From IMG/VR virus record IMGVR_UViG_3300017765_000004, positions 1-56,542 of that record: a stretch of DNA of 56,542 nt. One strand, written 5' to 3'. Of this stretch, positions 30,348 to 39,549 are shown piece by piece; positions within the stretch are counted from its first letter, which is position 1; each line of letters starts with the position of its first letter. The stretch comes from a virus. Lineage: Duplodnaviria; Caudoviricetes. Made by a program: the position numbers and the translations under genes. Under the pieces are notes generated by a model. That model ran no database searches. It was not told where the DNA came from and saw only the letters and a list, made by a program, of their open reading frames with translations.

Positions 30348-30803
30348 ATGCGCTCTTTTAACCAGTTTATATCAGAAACAGCAACATCATCAGCTACGAA
30401 TAGTGTTGGCACTGATGGATTTACTAATGACTCAAATCCATCAGGACCTGTTGCTGGTTTTGATAAAAAATTGTTTAGGGGTGATGAAGATCTTCTATCA
30501 CAAGATTATCAGACAGCTGCAGAGACTGGTGAAAATAGATATAGATTTTCAAACATATATCCTGTAATGAAAGTTACTCTTGGTAATAATATGGGTGATG
30601 GCCCATCAATTGACTCCATGGTTGCAGCATCAAAAGAATTTGTCAATAAGATGGAGCAAACATCCCATGATACAGTAAAAAAGTATTTTACAGAGTTTAA
30701 AGAAGAGTGGAGTAATAAATATAAAAAGAGTATTGACTGCTCTAATCCTAAGGGATTTTCTCAAAAAGCACATTGTGCTGGTAGGAAAAAGAGATCAAAA
30801 TGA
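30348..30803 (+). CDS. Candidate internal head protein with capsid-targeting-like N-terminus and gp23 N-arm-like segment
   Basis: Start moved from 30285 to ATG 30348, 1 nt after the upstream TGA, giving MRSFNQFISE; contains 'SSATNSVGTDGFT...GPVAGFD' and a basic Cys-containing C-terminal module. The function is inferred. Confidence 0.65.
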   Translation: MRSFNQFISETATSSATNSVGTDGFTNDSNPSGPVAGFDKKLFRGDEDLLSQDYQTAAETGENRYRFSNIYPVMKVTLGNNMGDGPSIDSMVAASKEFVNKMEQTSHDTVKKYFTEFKEEWSNKYKKSIDCSNPKGFSQKAHCAGRKKRSK

Positions 30804-32656
30804 AGTGTAAACCAGGTTACTATTATTGTTACACTGATAAAAAGTGTAAAAAAATGCCAATGGGATATCACATTGGACGTGGTGGATATCTTGCTAAAGA
30901 TGATAATGAAAACAGTGAGAATGGTAAGAAAAATGGTAATGGTAAAAATGGTAATGGAAATGGTCACTCAAATGGCAATGGTGGTGGAAATGGAAATGGA
31001 GGAGGTAATGGTGGTGGAATGAGTGAGGCATCCAATCCTCGCATTCCCAGAAAACCAGGACAACCTGCAAATTCTAAAAAACACTCTGATCTCTACACTG
31101 ATGAGAATCCAAAAGGCACCATTCATGGTCTTGGATTTAAAGATGTTGCTACTGCAAAAGCATCTGTAAGTAAAATACGTAATTCATCAAGATCTCATGC
31201 TCATAAAATTCAGGCAGCTGTTGCCATGGAACAAAGAGCAAGAGAGATGGGTAAAACTTCAGAGGCAGCAGTTTACAGAAAGTTTATCAACTCAATGAAG
31301 GAGAAAACTAAGAAAATGAATGAATCTCACATTGATGAAGATCTAAGAGATTGGTTTGGGAAATCTAAATCAAAAGATGGAAAACCTGGTTGGGTTCAAT
31401 CAGATGGGTCTCCATGTGCAAATGAAAAAGGTGAAACAAAAACCCCCAAGTGCTTCTCATCTCAAAGATTAGCAAGTCTTAAAGCACAAGGTTCCAAGGG
31501 AAAAGCAAAAATTGCTGCAGCAGTCAGAAGAAAAAGAGAACAGGATTCAGGACAACAATCAAAGTCTGGAGGAGCTAAACCCACCATGGTTAAAACATTT
31601 GCTAAAAAAGATGACTATAAGAAGCATCCTTCAGGAGATAGATCTGAATCAACAAACTATGATCATCTTTCACCCATCTCAAGAAAAATTCTTGAGCAGA
31701 TTGATGGTGAGAGAGAACTGCAATATCTAGAGGAAAAGAATAAACCCACAAACCCATCACTGTGGTCAAGAGCAAAGGCACTGGCAAGATCCAAGTTTGA
31801 TGTGTATCCATCTGCTTATGCCAATGGTTGGGCTGCAAAGTGGTACAAGAAGAGAGGTGGTGGATGGAAATCTGTCAGTGAAGAAGTTGAAGTTAGTGAA
31901 GAAAGAAAACCAGGTGAGTCTCCTAAGGAATATGCTGCTAGAATGACCAAAAAGCATTCTGGTGGTAAGTCAAAGACTTATGATCCTATGAAGGACAAGA
32001 ACTTTGATCATGATAAGGCTGAAAGAACTCGCGGTTCTATGGAGGAAGAAGTAGTCAGTGAAGAAACATGTCCAGTCTGTGGATGTGATCCATGCCAGTG
32101 TTTGGAAGGAAATATTAAAGAGTCAGTAAGAATACCTGCACAAACAGGAAATGTCTATGCTGTGATCTTCTCGTGGAGAGCAAAGATGTATATGCTCAAA
32201 TTGTTCTTCCCTGAGATAAGAAAACCAAAGAGATCTGAAGTTGAGGATGCAATTCGTAAATTATATCCTGGTGCTACATTAAGGAGTTTCAATCTTACAC
32301 CATACCAACCAGGTGATTCATATCTTCATGCTGGAATGGATGAAGATATGGAGGAAGACAGCCTGGGAAAGCTTGAAGAGGGAACACCTGCATGGCAAAG
32401 AAAAGCAGGTAAAGACCCCTCAGGTGGTTTAAATCAGAAAGGTGTGGATTCTTACAGAAGAGCAAATCCTGGTTCAAAACTTCAAACAGCAGTCACTACA
32501 AAACCATCTAAATTAAAGAAAGGTTCCAAAGCTGCAAATAGAAGAAAGTCATTCTGTGCTAGAATGAAAGGTATGAAAAAGAGATTAACATCTGCTAAGA
32601 CTGCAAGAGATCCAGATAGCAGAATCAATAAGTCATTAAGAAAGTGGAATTGCTGA
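30800..32656 (+). CDS. Modular basic hypothetical protein (candidate protease-processed polyprotein)
   Basis: ATGA overlap with the upstream gene; K/R-rich modules separated by acidic [ILMV]xE linkers; Asn-Gly low-complexity tract. Confidence 0.75.
   Translation: MKCKPGYYYCYTDKKCKKMPMGYHIGRGGYLAKDDNENSENGKKNGNGKNGNGNGHSNGNGGGNGNGGGNGGGMSEASNPRIPRKPGQPANSKKHSDLYTDENPKGTIHGLGFKDVATAKASVSKIRNSSRSHAHKIQAAVAMEQRAREMGKTSEAAVYRKFINSMKEKTKKMNESHIDEDLRDWFGKSKSKDGKPGWVQSDGSPCANEKGETKTPKCFSSQRLASLKAQGSKGKAKIAAAVRRKREQDSGQQSKSGGAKPTMVKTFAKKDDYKKHPSGDRSESTNYDHLSPISRKILEQIDGERELQYLEEKNKPTNPSLWSRAKALARSKFDVYPSAYANGWAAKWYKKRGGGWKSVSEEVEVSEERKPGESPKEYAARMTKKHSGGKSKTYDPMKDKNFDHDKAERTRGSMEEEVVSEETCPVCGCDPCQCLEGNIKESVRIPAQTGNVYAVIFSWRAKMYMLKLFFPEIRKPKRSEVEDAIRKLYPGATLRSFNLTPYQPGDSYLHAGMDEDMEEDSLGKLEEGTPAWQRKAGKDPSGGLNQKGVDSYRRANPGSKLQTAVTTKPSKLKKGSKAANRRKSFCARMKGMKKRLTSAKTARDPDSRINKSLRKWNC
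30920..31018 (+). repeat. Asn-Gly low-complexity coding repeat (AATGGN)n
   Basis: Encodes NGKKNGNGKNGNGNGHSNGNGGGNGNGGGNGGG. Confidence 0.8.
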
Positions 32657-32663
32657 TTGGTCT

Positions 32664-34310
32664 ATGTCTGATAATGTATATCTTGGTAATCCTAATCTAA
32701 AGAAAGCTAATACTGCTATTGAATTTTCTCAAGAGCAGATACTAGAATATGTAAAATGTAAAAATGATCCAGTCTATTTTTCACAAAATTATGTGAAAAT
32801 TGTAAGTCTGGATGAAGGTCTTGTACCTTTTAGACCATATGATTTTCAAGAAAAACTGATTAATAATTTCCATGAAAATAGATTTAACATCTGTAAAATG
32901 CCCAGACAAACTGGCAAAAGTACTACAGTTGTGTCTTATCTGCTTCATTATGCTGTCTTCAATGACTCTGTTAACATTGGCATACTCGCTAACAAAGCAG
33001 CAACTGCTAGAGAACTTCTAGGAAGATTACAAACTGCATACGAAAACTTACCAAAGTGGATGCAGCAGGGTATCATATCATGGAATAAAGGATCTCTGGA
33101 GTTAGAGAATGGCAGTAAGATATTGGCAGCTTCTACATCTGCAAGTGCTGTCAGAGGCATGTCGTTCAATATCCTATTCCTCGATGAGTTCGCCTTTGTC
33201 CCTAATCACATCGCTGACTCCTTCTTTGCATCTGTTTATCCTACTATTACTTCTGGTAAAAACACAAAAGTAATCATAGTCTCAACACCTCATGGCATGA
33301 ACCACTTCTACAGAATGTGGCATGATGCTGAAAATCACACCAATGAATATATTCCTACTGATGTTCACTGGTCAGAGGTTCCAGGGAGGGATGAGAAATG
33401 GAAGAAACAAACTATTGCCAATACCTCAGAAGCACAGTTTAAGATTGAGTTTGAGTGTGAATTCCTAGGATCTATTGATACTCTTGTTGCTCCAAGCAAA
33501 CTCAAGACTCTTGTCTATGAAAATCCTCAGCAATCAAATGCGGGTCTTGATGTATATGAACAAGCAAAAGAAGGTTGTGATTATGCCATCACAGTTGATG
33601 TGGCAAGAGGTGTGGGAGAGGATTACTCAGCATTTATAGTTGTTGATATTACTCAGTTTCCCCACAAAGTTGTAGCAAAATACAGAAATAATGACATTAA
33701 ACCAATGTTGTTCCCAAATATCATTTATCAGATTGCTAAACAATATAATGAGGCTTTTATTTTATGTGAGGTAAATGATATTGGTGACCAAGTGGCAAGT
33801 ATTCTACAGTATGATCTTGAATATCAAAATCTACTCATGTGTTCCATGAGAGGTAGAGCAGGTCAGATTGTAGGACAAGGATTCTCTGGTAGCAAGACAC
33901 AACTTGGTGTCAAGATGTCTAAAACTGTTAAAAAAGTTGGGTCTCTGAATTTAAAGACACTAATTGAAGAGGAAAAACTAATTTTCAATGATTATGAAAT
34001 CATATCTGAGTTGACAACATTTGTATCAAAACATAATTCATTTGAGGCTGAAGAGGGTTGTAATGACGATCTAGCAATGTGTTTAGTCATCTATGCATGG
34101 TTAGTAGCACAAGACTACTTCAAAGAATTGACAGACCAAGATGTTAGAAAAAGATTGTATGAAGAACAGAAAAATCAAATAGAACAGGACATGGCACCAT
34201 TTGGATTTATAAATGATGGACTTGATACTGCAAGTTTTGTAGATAAAGAGGGTGACAGATGGTACACCGATGAGTATGGTGATATGTCACACATGTGGGA
34301 TTATAGATGA
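32664..34310 (+). CDS. gp17: Terminase large subunit gp17
   Basis: Walker A 'PRQTGKST', Walker B 'LFLDEFAF', 'VSTPHGMNHFY', nuclease motifs 'VDVARG' and 'NDDLAM'; no intein or intron seen. Confidence 0.97.
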   Translation: MSDNVYLGNPNLKKANTAIEFSQEQILEYVKCKNDPVYFSQNYVKIVSLDEGLVPFRPYDFQEKLINNFHENRFNICKMPRQTGKSTTVVSYLLHYAVFNDSVNIGILANKAATARELLGRLQTAYENLPKWMQQGIISWNKGSLELENGSKILAASTSASAVRGMSFNILFLDEFAFVPNHIADSFFASVYPTITSGKNTKVIIVSTPHGMNHFYRMWHDAENHTNEYIPTDVHWSEVPGRDEKWKKQTIANTSEAQFKIEFECEFLGSIDTLVAPSKLKTLVYENPQQSNAGLDVYEQAKEGCDYAITVDVARGVGEDYSAFIVVDITQFPHKVVAKYRNNDIKPMLFPNIIYQIAKQYNEAFILCEVNDIGDQVASILQYDLEYQNLLMCSMRGRAGQIVGQGFSGSKTQLGVKMSKTVKKVGSLNLKTLIEEEKLIFNDYEIISELTTFVSKHNSFEAEEGCNDDLAMCLVIYAWLVAQDYFKELTDQDVRKRLYEEQKNQIEQDMAPFGFINDGLDTASFVDKEGDRWYTDEYGDMSHMWDYR

Positions 34311-34537
34311 TGGATATTGATGGTCAGCTGAAATTAGGTCATTTACTTCTTAATGATAGAAAGTGTAGAACATGTGGAGAAATAAAGAATTTAGTAGATG
34401 AATTTTACAGGACAAGAAAAAATAGAGGTGCTGTGCCATCTTCATACTCTTATGAATGTAAAATATGTACTGTGAAAAGAATACTTGAATCTAAGAAAAA
34501 AGACAAAATTGTTGATATTTACTACCCAGATTGGTAG
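34307..34537 (+). CDS. Small CxxC...CxxC zinc-finger protein
   Basis: 'RKCRTCGEIK...FY...YSYECKIC'; ATGA overlap with gp17. Confidence 0.7.
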   Translation: MMDIDGQLKLGHLLLNDRKCRTCGEIKNLVDEFYRTRKNRGAVPSSYSYECKICTVKRILESKKKDKIVDIYYPDW

Positions 34538-34575
34538 TTCACTCCATGTTTCCCCACTCAAAGTGCCATAAATTC

Positions 34576-34581
34576 TAAATA
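34576..34581 (+). promoter_or_regulatory. Late promoter core TAAATA upstream of gp18
   Basis: Intergenic; followed by an AAGGAG SD and ATG 34616. Confidence 0.65.
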
Positions 34582-34615
34582 ATTTTAGTAAAATTTGAGA
34601 ACTAAGGAGAAGAAT

Positions 34616-36802
34616 ATGGCAACTCCTCAATTGTCTCCTGGCGTACTAGTCAGAGAGATTGACCTAACTGTAGGAAGAGTTGAAAACGTTGTCGATACTA
34701 CTGGTGCTCTTGCTGGACCATTTAGATTAGGTCCTGTAGAAGAACCAATCAGAATTACAAGCCAACAGCAGTATATTGATACTTTTGGAAAACCAATCTC
34801 TACTGATAGACAGTATGAGTATTGGATGACTGGATCAGAATTCCTGTCATATGGTGGTGTTCTTTCTGTCACAAGAGTAGATGGAACAACACTAAACAAT
34901 GCCAATGCTGGCACTGATGAAGCATCTTCTTCTTCTCTGAAGATTAAGAATTTTGATGAGTATGAAGCATCATACTCAGAGTCAACTGAGTACTATTATG
35001 CTGCCAGAAATCCTGGTACATGGGGTAATGGAATCAAGGTTTGTCAGATTGATGCTCAAGCTGATCAGAGGTTGACAATCAACACTGCAAACCCTGCTGG
35101 TGCTGGTGTCACTATTGGTTTTGGTGTTACCATGGCAATTGATACAACTATTCCTGGAAGTGGAACAACCTCTACATTCTCAGGATATCTTAAAGGTATC
35201 ATCACTGGAATTAACACAATTTCAGATGGAAGCAGCACAATTGATGTTAAAGTTGTCTCTAGAGTAGAGCAATCAGGAACTGGAACAACTGTTACCAATG
35301 TAGATTATGAACCAAACAATCTTGGTGTATCATTCCCATCATCAGGAACAATCAGTATTGTCAATACTGGAACAGATGCTTCACCAGTTGCTTCTGCTAC
35401 AACAGCTGTGACTGCTCAAGTTGATTGGTACGATCAACAAACTCTGGGATTAACAAATTCTACAGTTCTTTGGAAGAGTATTTCTCCAAGACCAAGAACA
35501 AGTAATTTTGCTGCTACAAGAGGTGGTAGATTTGACACTATGAATATTGCTGTTGTTGATGACAATGGCGGAATTACTGGTGCTGAAGGTAACATCCTTG
35601 AGAAGTATAATGGAATATCAAAAGCAGCAGATGCCACATTTGATGCTGCAAATCCAGTAAGATCATACTACAAGAAGTATATTTCTAACAATTCATCATA
35701 TATCTTTGTTGGAGATAATCCTTCAGTTGATGCTGATACAACACATGGCACAGTTCCTACAGCATCTGGCTTCTCTGCTAACTTTACAGCAAATACATCT
35801 TCATCTGGTCTGTGGGGACAAAATGCTGAATCAAAAGTCTTCTCTGGACTTGGTGCTGTCACATATTCATTAGCTGGTGGTGTTGATTATTCTGCCAATG
35901 GTGGGATGACTGCTACTCTTGGAAACCTCAAGACAGCGTATGAATTATACAGCAATAAGGATGAAGAGCAAGTTGATTTCCTCTTGATGGGTCCTAGTTG
36001 CAGCACTGAACTTGAGTCACAAGCAAAGGCAAATCTCTTAATTTCTCTTGCTAATTCAAGAAAGGATTGTCTTGCTGTAATCTCACCACATAGAGCAAAT
36101 GTTGTTAATGTCACAAGCAGCACAACACAAACTACTAATGTTGTAAGATTCTTCTCTGCTCTTACTTCCTCATCATTTGCTGTATTTGATTCTGGATACA
36201 AGTATGTTTATGATAGATTTAATGATGAGTTCAGATATCTGCCATGTAATGGTGATGTAGCAGGTATCATGGTTAGAACAGGAATCAATTCATTCCCTTG
36301 GTTCTCACCTGCTGGAGCACAAAGAGGTGCTCTGAATAATGCTGTTAAACTTGCATACAATCCTAGCAAGGATCAAAGAGATACACTCTATTCTGCAAGA
36401 ATCAACCCAATTGTAAGTCAAGGTTCTGGTCCTATCCTCTTTGGAGATAAGACTGGTCTTTCATATGCTTCTGCCTTTGACAGAATCAATGTTAGAAGAC
36501 TCTTCATTTCAGTTGAAACTGCACTTGAGAGTGCAGCTCAATCTCAACTCTTTGAAATTAATGATAGTGACACAAGAGACAACTTTGTCAATATTGTAAC
36601 TCCATTCCTGAGAGATATTCAGGCAAATAGAGGAATTGAAAACTTCAAAGTTGTTTGTGACTCTTCCAATAACACCCCTTCTGTTATTGATAACAATGAG
36701 TTTAGAGCTGACATCTTCATTCAACCTACTAGGTCAATTAACTACATCAACCTGACCTTTGTTGCCACAAGATCAGGAATCACTTTTAGTGAGTCTGTTT
36801 GA
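34616..36802 (+). CDS. gp18: Tail sheath protein gp18
   Basis: Start at ATG 34616 (MATPQLSPGVLVREIDLT); 'PWFSPAG', 'GDKT', 'AFDRINVRRLF', 'PTRSINYINLTFVATRSG'. Confidence 0.96.
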   Translation: MATPQLSPGVLVREIDLTVGRVENVVDTTGALAGPFRLGPVEEPIRITSQQQYIDTFGKPISTDRQYEYWMTGSEFLSYGGVLSVTRVDGTTLNNANAGTDEASSSSLKIKNFDEYEASYSESTEYYYAARNPGTWGNGIKVCQIDAQADQRLTINTANPAGAGVTIGFGVTMAIDTTIPGSGTTSTFSGYLKGIITGINTISDGSSTIDVKVVSRVEQSGTGTTVTNVDYEPNNLGVSFPSSGTISIVNTGTDASPVASATTAVTAQVDWYDQQTLGLTNSTVLWKSISPRPRTSNFAATRGGRFDTMNIAVVDDNGGITGAEGNILEKYNGISKAADATFDAANPVRSYYKKYISNNSSYIFVGDNPSVDADTTHGTVPTASGFSANFTANTSSSGLWGQNAESKVFSGLGAVTYSLAGGVDYSANGGMTATLGNLKTAYELYSNKDEEQVDFLLMGPSCSTELESQAKANLLISLANSRKDCLAVISPHRANVVNVTSSTTQTTNVVRFFSALTSSSFAVFDSGYKYVYDRFNDEFRYLPCNGDVAGIMVRTGINSFPWFSPAGAQRGALNNAVKLAYNPSKDQRDTLYSARINPIVSQGSGPILFGDKTGLSYASAFDRINVRRLFISVETALESAAQSQLFEINDSDTRDNFVNIVTPFLRDIQANRGIENFKVVCDSSNNTPSVIDNNEFRADIFIQPTRSINYINLTFVATRSGITFSESV

Positions 36803-36836
36803 TTTAAACTAAACACAACAAAGGAGGACATTTAAA

Positions 36837-37538
36837 ATGGCAAAGACAAAGACAATCACTGAATTTAAGACCAAACTAGCTGGAGGGGGCGCACGCCCCA
36901 ATCTATTTGAAGTGCAGATGCCAAACTTCCCTCAAGGGATTTTGGATCAGTATAGTGAATCACCATGGGGCAAACCAGAAACTGAGGACTTTCAGTTTAT
37001 GTGCAAGGCAGCGCAGTTGCCTTCATCCAATGTTGCTGAAATACCTGTTCCCTTTAGAGGTAGAATCTTAAAGGTTGCTGGAGATAGAACATTTGAGCCA
37101 TGGACTGTAACTGTCCTTAATGATGAGGACTTCAGACTGAGAAATGCCTTTGAAAAGTGGGCTAATGGTATCAGCAAGTTAGATGATGGAACTGGTATCT
37201 CTAACCCCTCATCTTATATGGCAAATGCCCAAGTTAAACAACTTGGTAGAGGCAATGCACTTGAGAATACTGATAACAGAAAAGGAAAAGGTGACAGAAG
37301 CGTTGCTTTAAAGTCATATACATTTATTGATATGTTCCCAACTGAGATTTCATCTATTGATCTCAGCTATGATTCTACTGACACAATTGAAGAATTTACT
37401 GTAACATTTGCTTTCCAATACTATGTTGTTGGTTACAAAGCAGATGGTCTTACAGAGCATTCTTCTTCTGGACTTATTAGCAATAAAGGTTCTGTACCTG
37501 CTACAGGTTCATTAGCAGGTGTTGATACTGAATTCTAA
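36837..37538 (+). CDS. gp19: Tail tube protein gp19
   Basis: 'GGGARPNLFEV', 'FMCKAAQLP', 'PFRGRILKVAGDRTFEPWTVTVLND', 'IEEFTVTF'. Confidence 0.95.
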   Translation: MAKTKTITEFKTKLAGGGARPNLFEVQMPNFPQGILDQYSESPWGKPETEDFQFMCKAAQLPSSNVAEIPVPFRGRILKVAGDRTFEPWTVTVLNDEDFRLRNAFEKWANGISKLDDGTGISNPSSYMANAQVKQLGRGNALENTDNRKGKGDRSVALKSYTFIDMFPTEISSIDLSYDSTDTIEEFTVTFAFQYYVVGYKADGLTEHSSSGLISNKGSVPATGSLAGVDTEF

Positions 37539-37560
37539 TAACTAATAATTAATGAAGTGA

Positions 37561-37591
37561 TAAATACTAGGAGCACAGACTCCTAGTATTG
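37561..37591 (+). promoter_or_regulatory. Late promoter overlapping an 11-bp perfect hairpin upstream of gp20
   Basis: TAAATA at 37561-37566; AATACTAGGAG-cacaga-CTCCTAGTATT at 37563-37590; ATG at 37597. Confidence 0.7.
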
Positions 37592-37596
37592 TAATA

Positions 37597-39270
37597 ATGG
37601 CAAGATTATTTGGATTCTCTATTGATGATTCAGAGAAGACACCACCCAGTGTTGTATCGCCAGTTCCACCTAATAATCAGGATGGTTCTGAGCATTACGT
37701 AAGCACTGGGTTTTATGGTTCGTATGTGGACATTGAGGGGGTATATAAAACAGAATCAGATCTTATCAGAAGATACAGGTCAATGGCACTTTATCCAGAA
37801 TGTGATAGTGCTATTGAAGATATTGTTAATGAAGCAATTGTATCAGATACAGATGATAGTCCTGTAACAATTGAACTCTCCAATCTTAATGCAAGTGATG
37901 GTATAAAAAAGAAGATTAGAGAGGAATTCAAGTATGTTTGTGAATTACTTGATTTTGATAAGAAAGCTCATGAGATATTCAGAAATTGGTATATTGATGG
38001 AAGACTATTCTACAATAAAGTAATTGACCTCAAAAAACCAGAAGAGGGAATCCAAGAATTAAGATATATTGATTCATCAAAGATGAAGTATGTCAGAAAG
38101 ATAAGAAAGAATAAAGATAAACTACAAGTTGTTCAGAGACCTGGTGCTGAGACAGATCCAGAAACTTATAAGTTCCCTGAAATAGATGAATTTTTCATCT
38201 ATACTCCACAAAGCAATACTGGAGGAGCAGGTAATTCATATGGTGGTGGTGGATCAAAAGGTGTGAAGATGACACGTGATTCAGTCACCTATTGCACCTC
38301 AGGATTAGTTGATAGAAATAAAGGTGCAACATTATCTTGGTTGCACAAATCCATCAAACCACTGAATCAATTGATGATGATTGAGGACTCATTGGTAATC
38401 TACAGACTATCAAGAGCACCTGAAAGAAGAATCTTCTATATTGATGTTGGCAATCTTCCAAAAGTAAAAGCAGAACAATATCTGCGTGATGTGATGATGC
38501 GTTATAGAAATAAACTTGTCTATGATGCAAACACTGGTGAAGTCAGAGATGACAAAAAATTTATGTCCATGATGGAAGACTTCTGGCTTCCAAGAAGAGA
38601 AGGTGGCAGAGGAACTGAGATCACAACTCTACCTGGAGGTCAAAATCTTGGTGAAATCACTGATATCAATTACTTCCAAAAGAAACTTTATAGATCACTG
38701 AATGTTCCTGAAACAAGACTACAGGGAGAAGGTGGATTTAGTCTTGGTAGATCATCTGAGATCTTAAGAGATGAAATTAAATTCAGCAAGTTTGTTGGTA
38801 GACTAAGAAAAAGATTCTCACATCTCTTCAATGATATCCTTAAGACACAATTAGTTCTAAAGAATATCATTACACCAGAAGATTGGAATAAGATGTCAGA
38901 TCATATTCAGTATGATTTCTTGTATGATAATCATTTTGCAGAACTTAAGGATGCAGAACTGCTGACTGAAAGATTGAATCTTGCTGTTACTGCTGAACCA
39001 TATATTGGTAAGTATTATTCTAAGGACTATGTAAGAAGGAAGATCCTTCGTCAAACTGACACTGAAATTCTGGAGCAAGATAAAATTATTGATGCAGAAA
39101 TCAAAGCAGGAATAATACCAGATCCTTTTGCACCAGTTGATCCTGCCACTGGTCAACCGTTAGATACTGCAACTGGTGCTATTGATCAACCACCTAACAT
39201 GCCTTCATCACCTAAATCACCAGAGGCATCTGGAGATGAAATTGAAACACCATCTGGTGGTGAGATATAA
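37597..39270 (+). CDS. gp20: Portal protein gp20
   Basis: 'YRLSRAPERRIFYIDVGNLPKVKAEQYL', 'MEDFWLPRREGGRGTEITTLPGGQNLG'. Confidence 0.98.
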   Translation: MARLFGFSIDDSEKTPPSVVSPVPPNNQDGSEHYVSTGFYGSYVDIEGVYKTESDLIRRYRSMALYPECDSAIEDIVNEAIVSDTDDSPVTIELSNLNASDGIKKKIREEFKYVCELLDFDKKAHEIFRNWYIDGRLFYNKVIDLKKPEEGIQELRYIDSSKMKYVRKIRKNKDKLQVVQRPGAETDPETYKFPEIDEFFIYTPQSNTGGAGNSYGGGGSKGVKMTRDSVTYCTSGLVDRNKGATLSWLHKSIKPLNQLMMIEDSLVIYRLSRAPERRIFYIDVGNLPKVKAEQYLRDVMMRYRNKLVYDANTGEVRDDKKFMSMMEDFWLPRREGGRGTEITTLPGGQNLGEITDINYFQKKLYRSLNVPETRLQGEGGFSLGRSSEILRDEIKFSKFVGRLRKRFSHLFNDILKTQLVLKNIITPEDWNKMSDHIQYDFLYDNHFAELKDAELLTERLNLAVTAEPYIGKYYSKDYVRRKILRQTDTEILEQDKIIDAEIKAGIIPDPFAPVDPATGQPLDTATGAIDQPPNMPSSPKSPEASGDEIETPSGGEI

Positions 39271-39273
39271 ATA
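39266..39273 (+). promoter_or_regulatory. Perfect T4 late promoter TATAAATA
   Basis: Exact T4 gp55 consensus overlapping the gp20 stop, upstream of ORF 39307. Confidence 0.75.
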
Positions 39274-39306
39274 CATTTTAGTAACCAAGTAAACACTTTT
39301 TAGAAC

Positions 39307-39510
39307 ATGGAAGAATTAATTGATTTACTAGTCAAAGATGAATCACCATCAGAAATTAGTGACGCTATCAAAGACATGCTTTTTGCTAAATCAGCAGAAA
39401 GAATTGAGGCATCTAGACCAGATGTAGCAACATCACTGTTTGGTGATTCAGAGGAAGAGTATGATGAAGAGGAAGTTGAAACTGAATCAGAGGTAGAAGA
39501 AGAGGAATAA
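39307..39510 (+). CDS. Small acidic prohead core-like protein (gp67-like by position)
   Basis: 67 aa with a very acidic C-terminus, directly after the portal as in T4-like head modules. Confidence 0.7.
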   Translation: MEELIDLLVKDESPSEISDAIKDMLFAKSAERIEASRPDVATSLFGDSEEEYDEEEVETESEVEEEE

Positions 39511-39549
39511 TTACTAAATAAGTAATATAGACAATGTCAATCAGGAATA

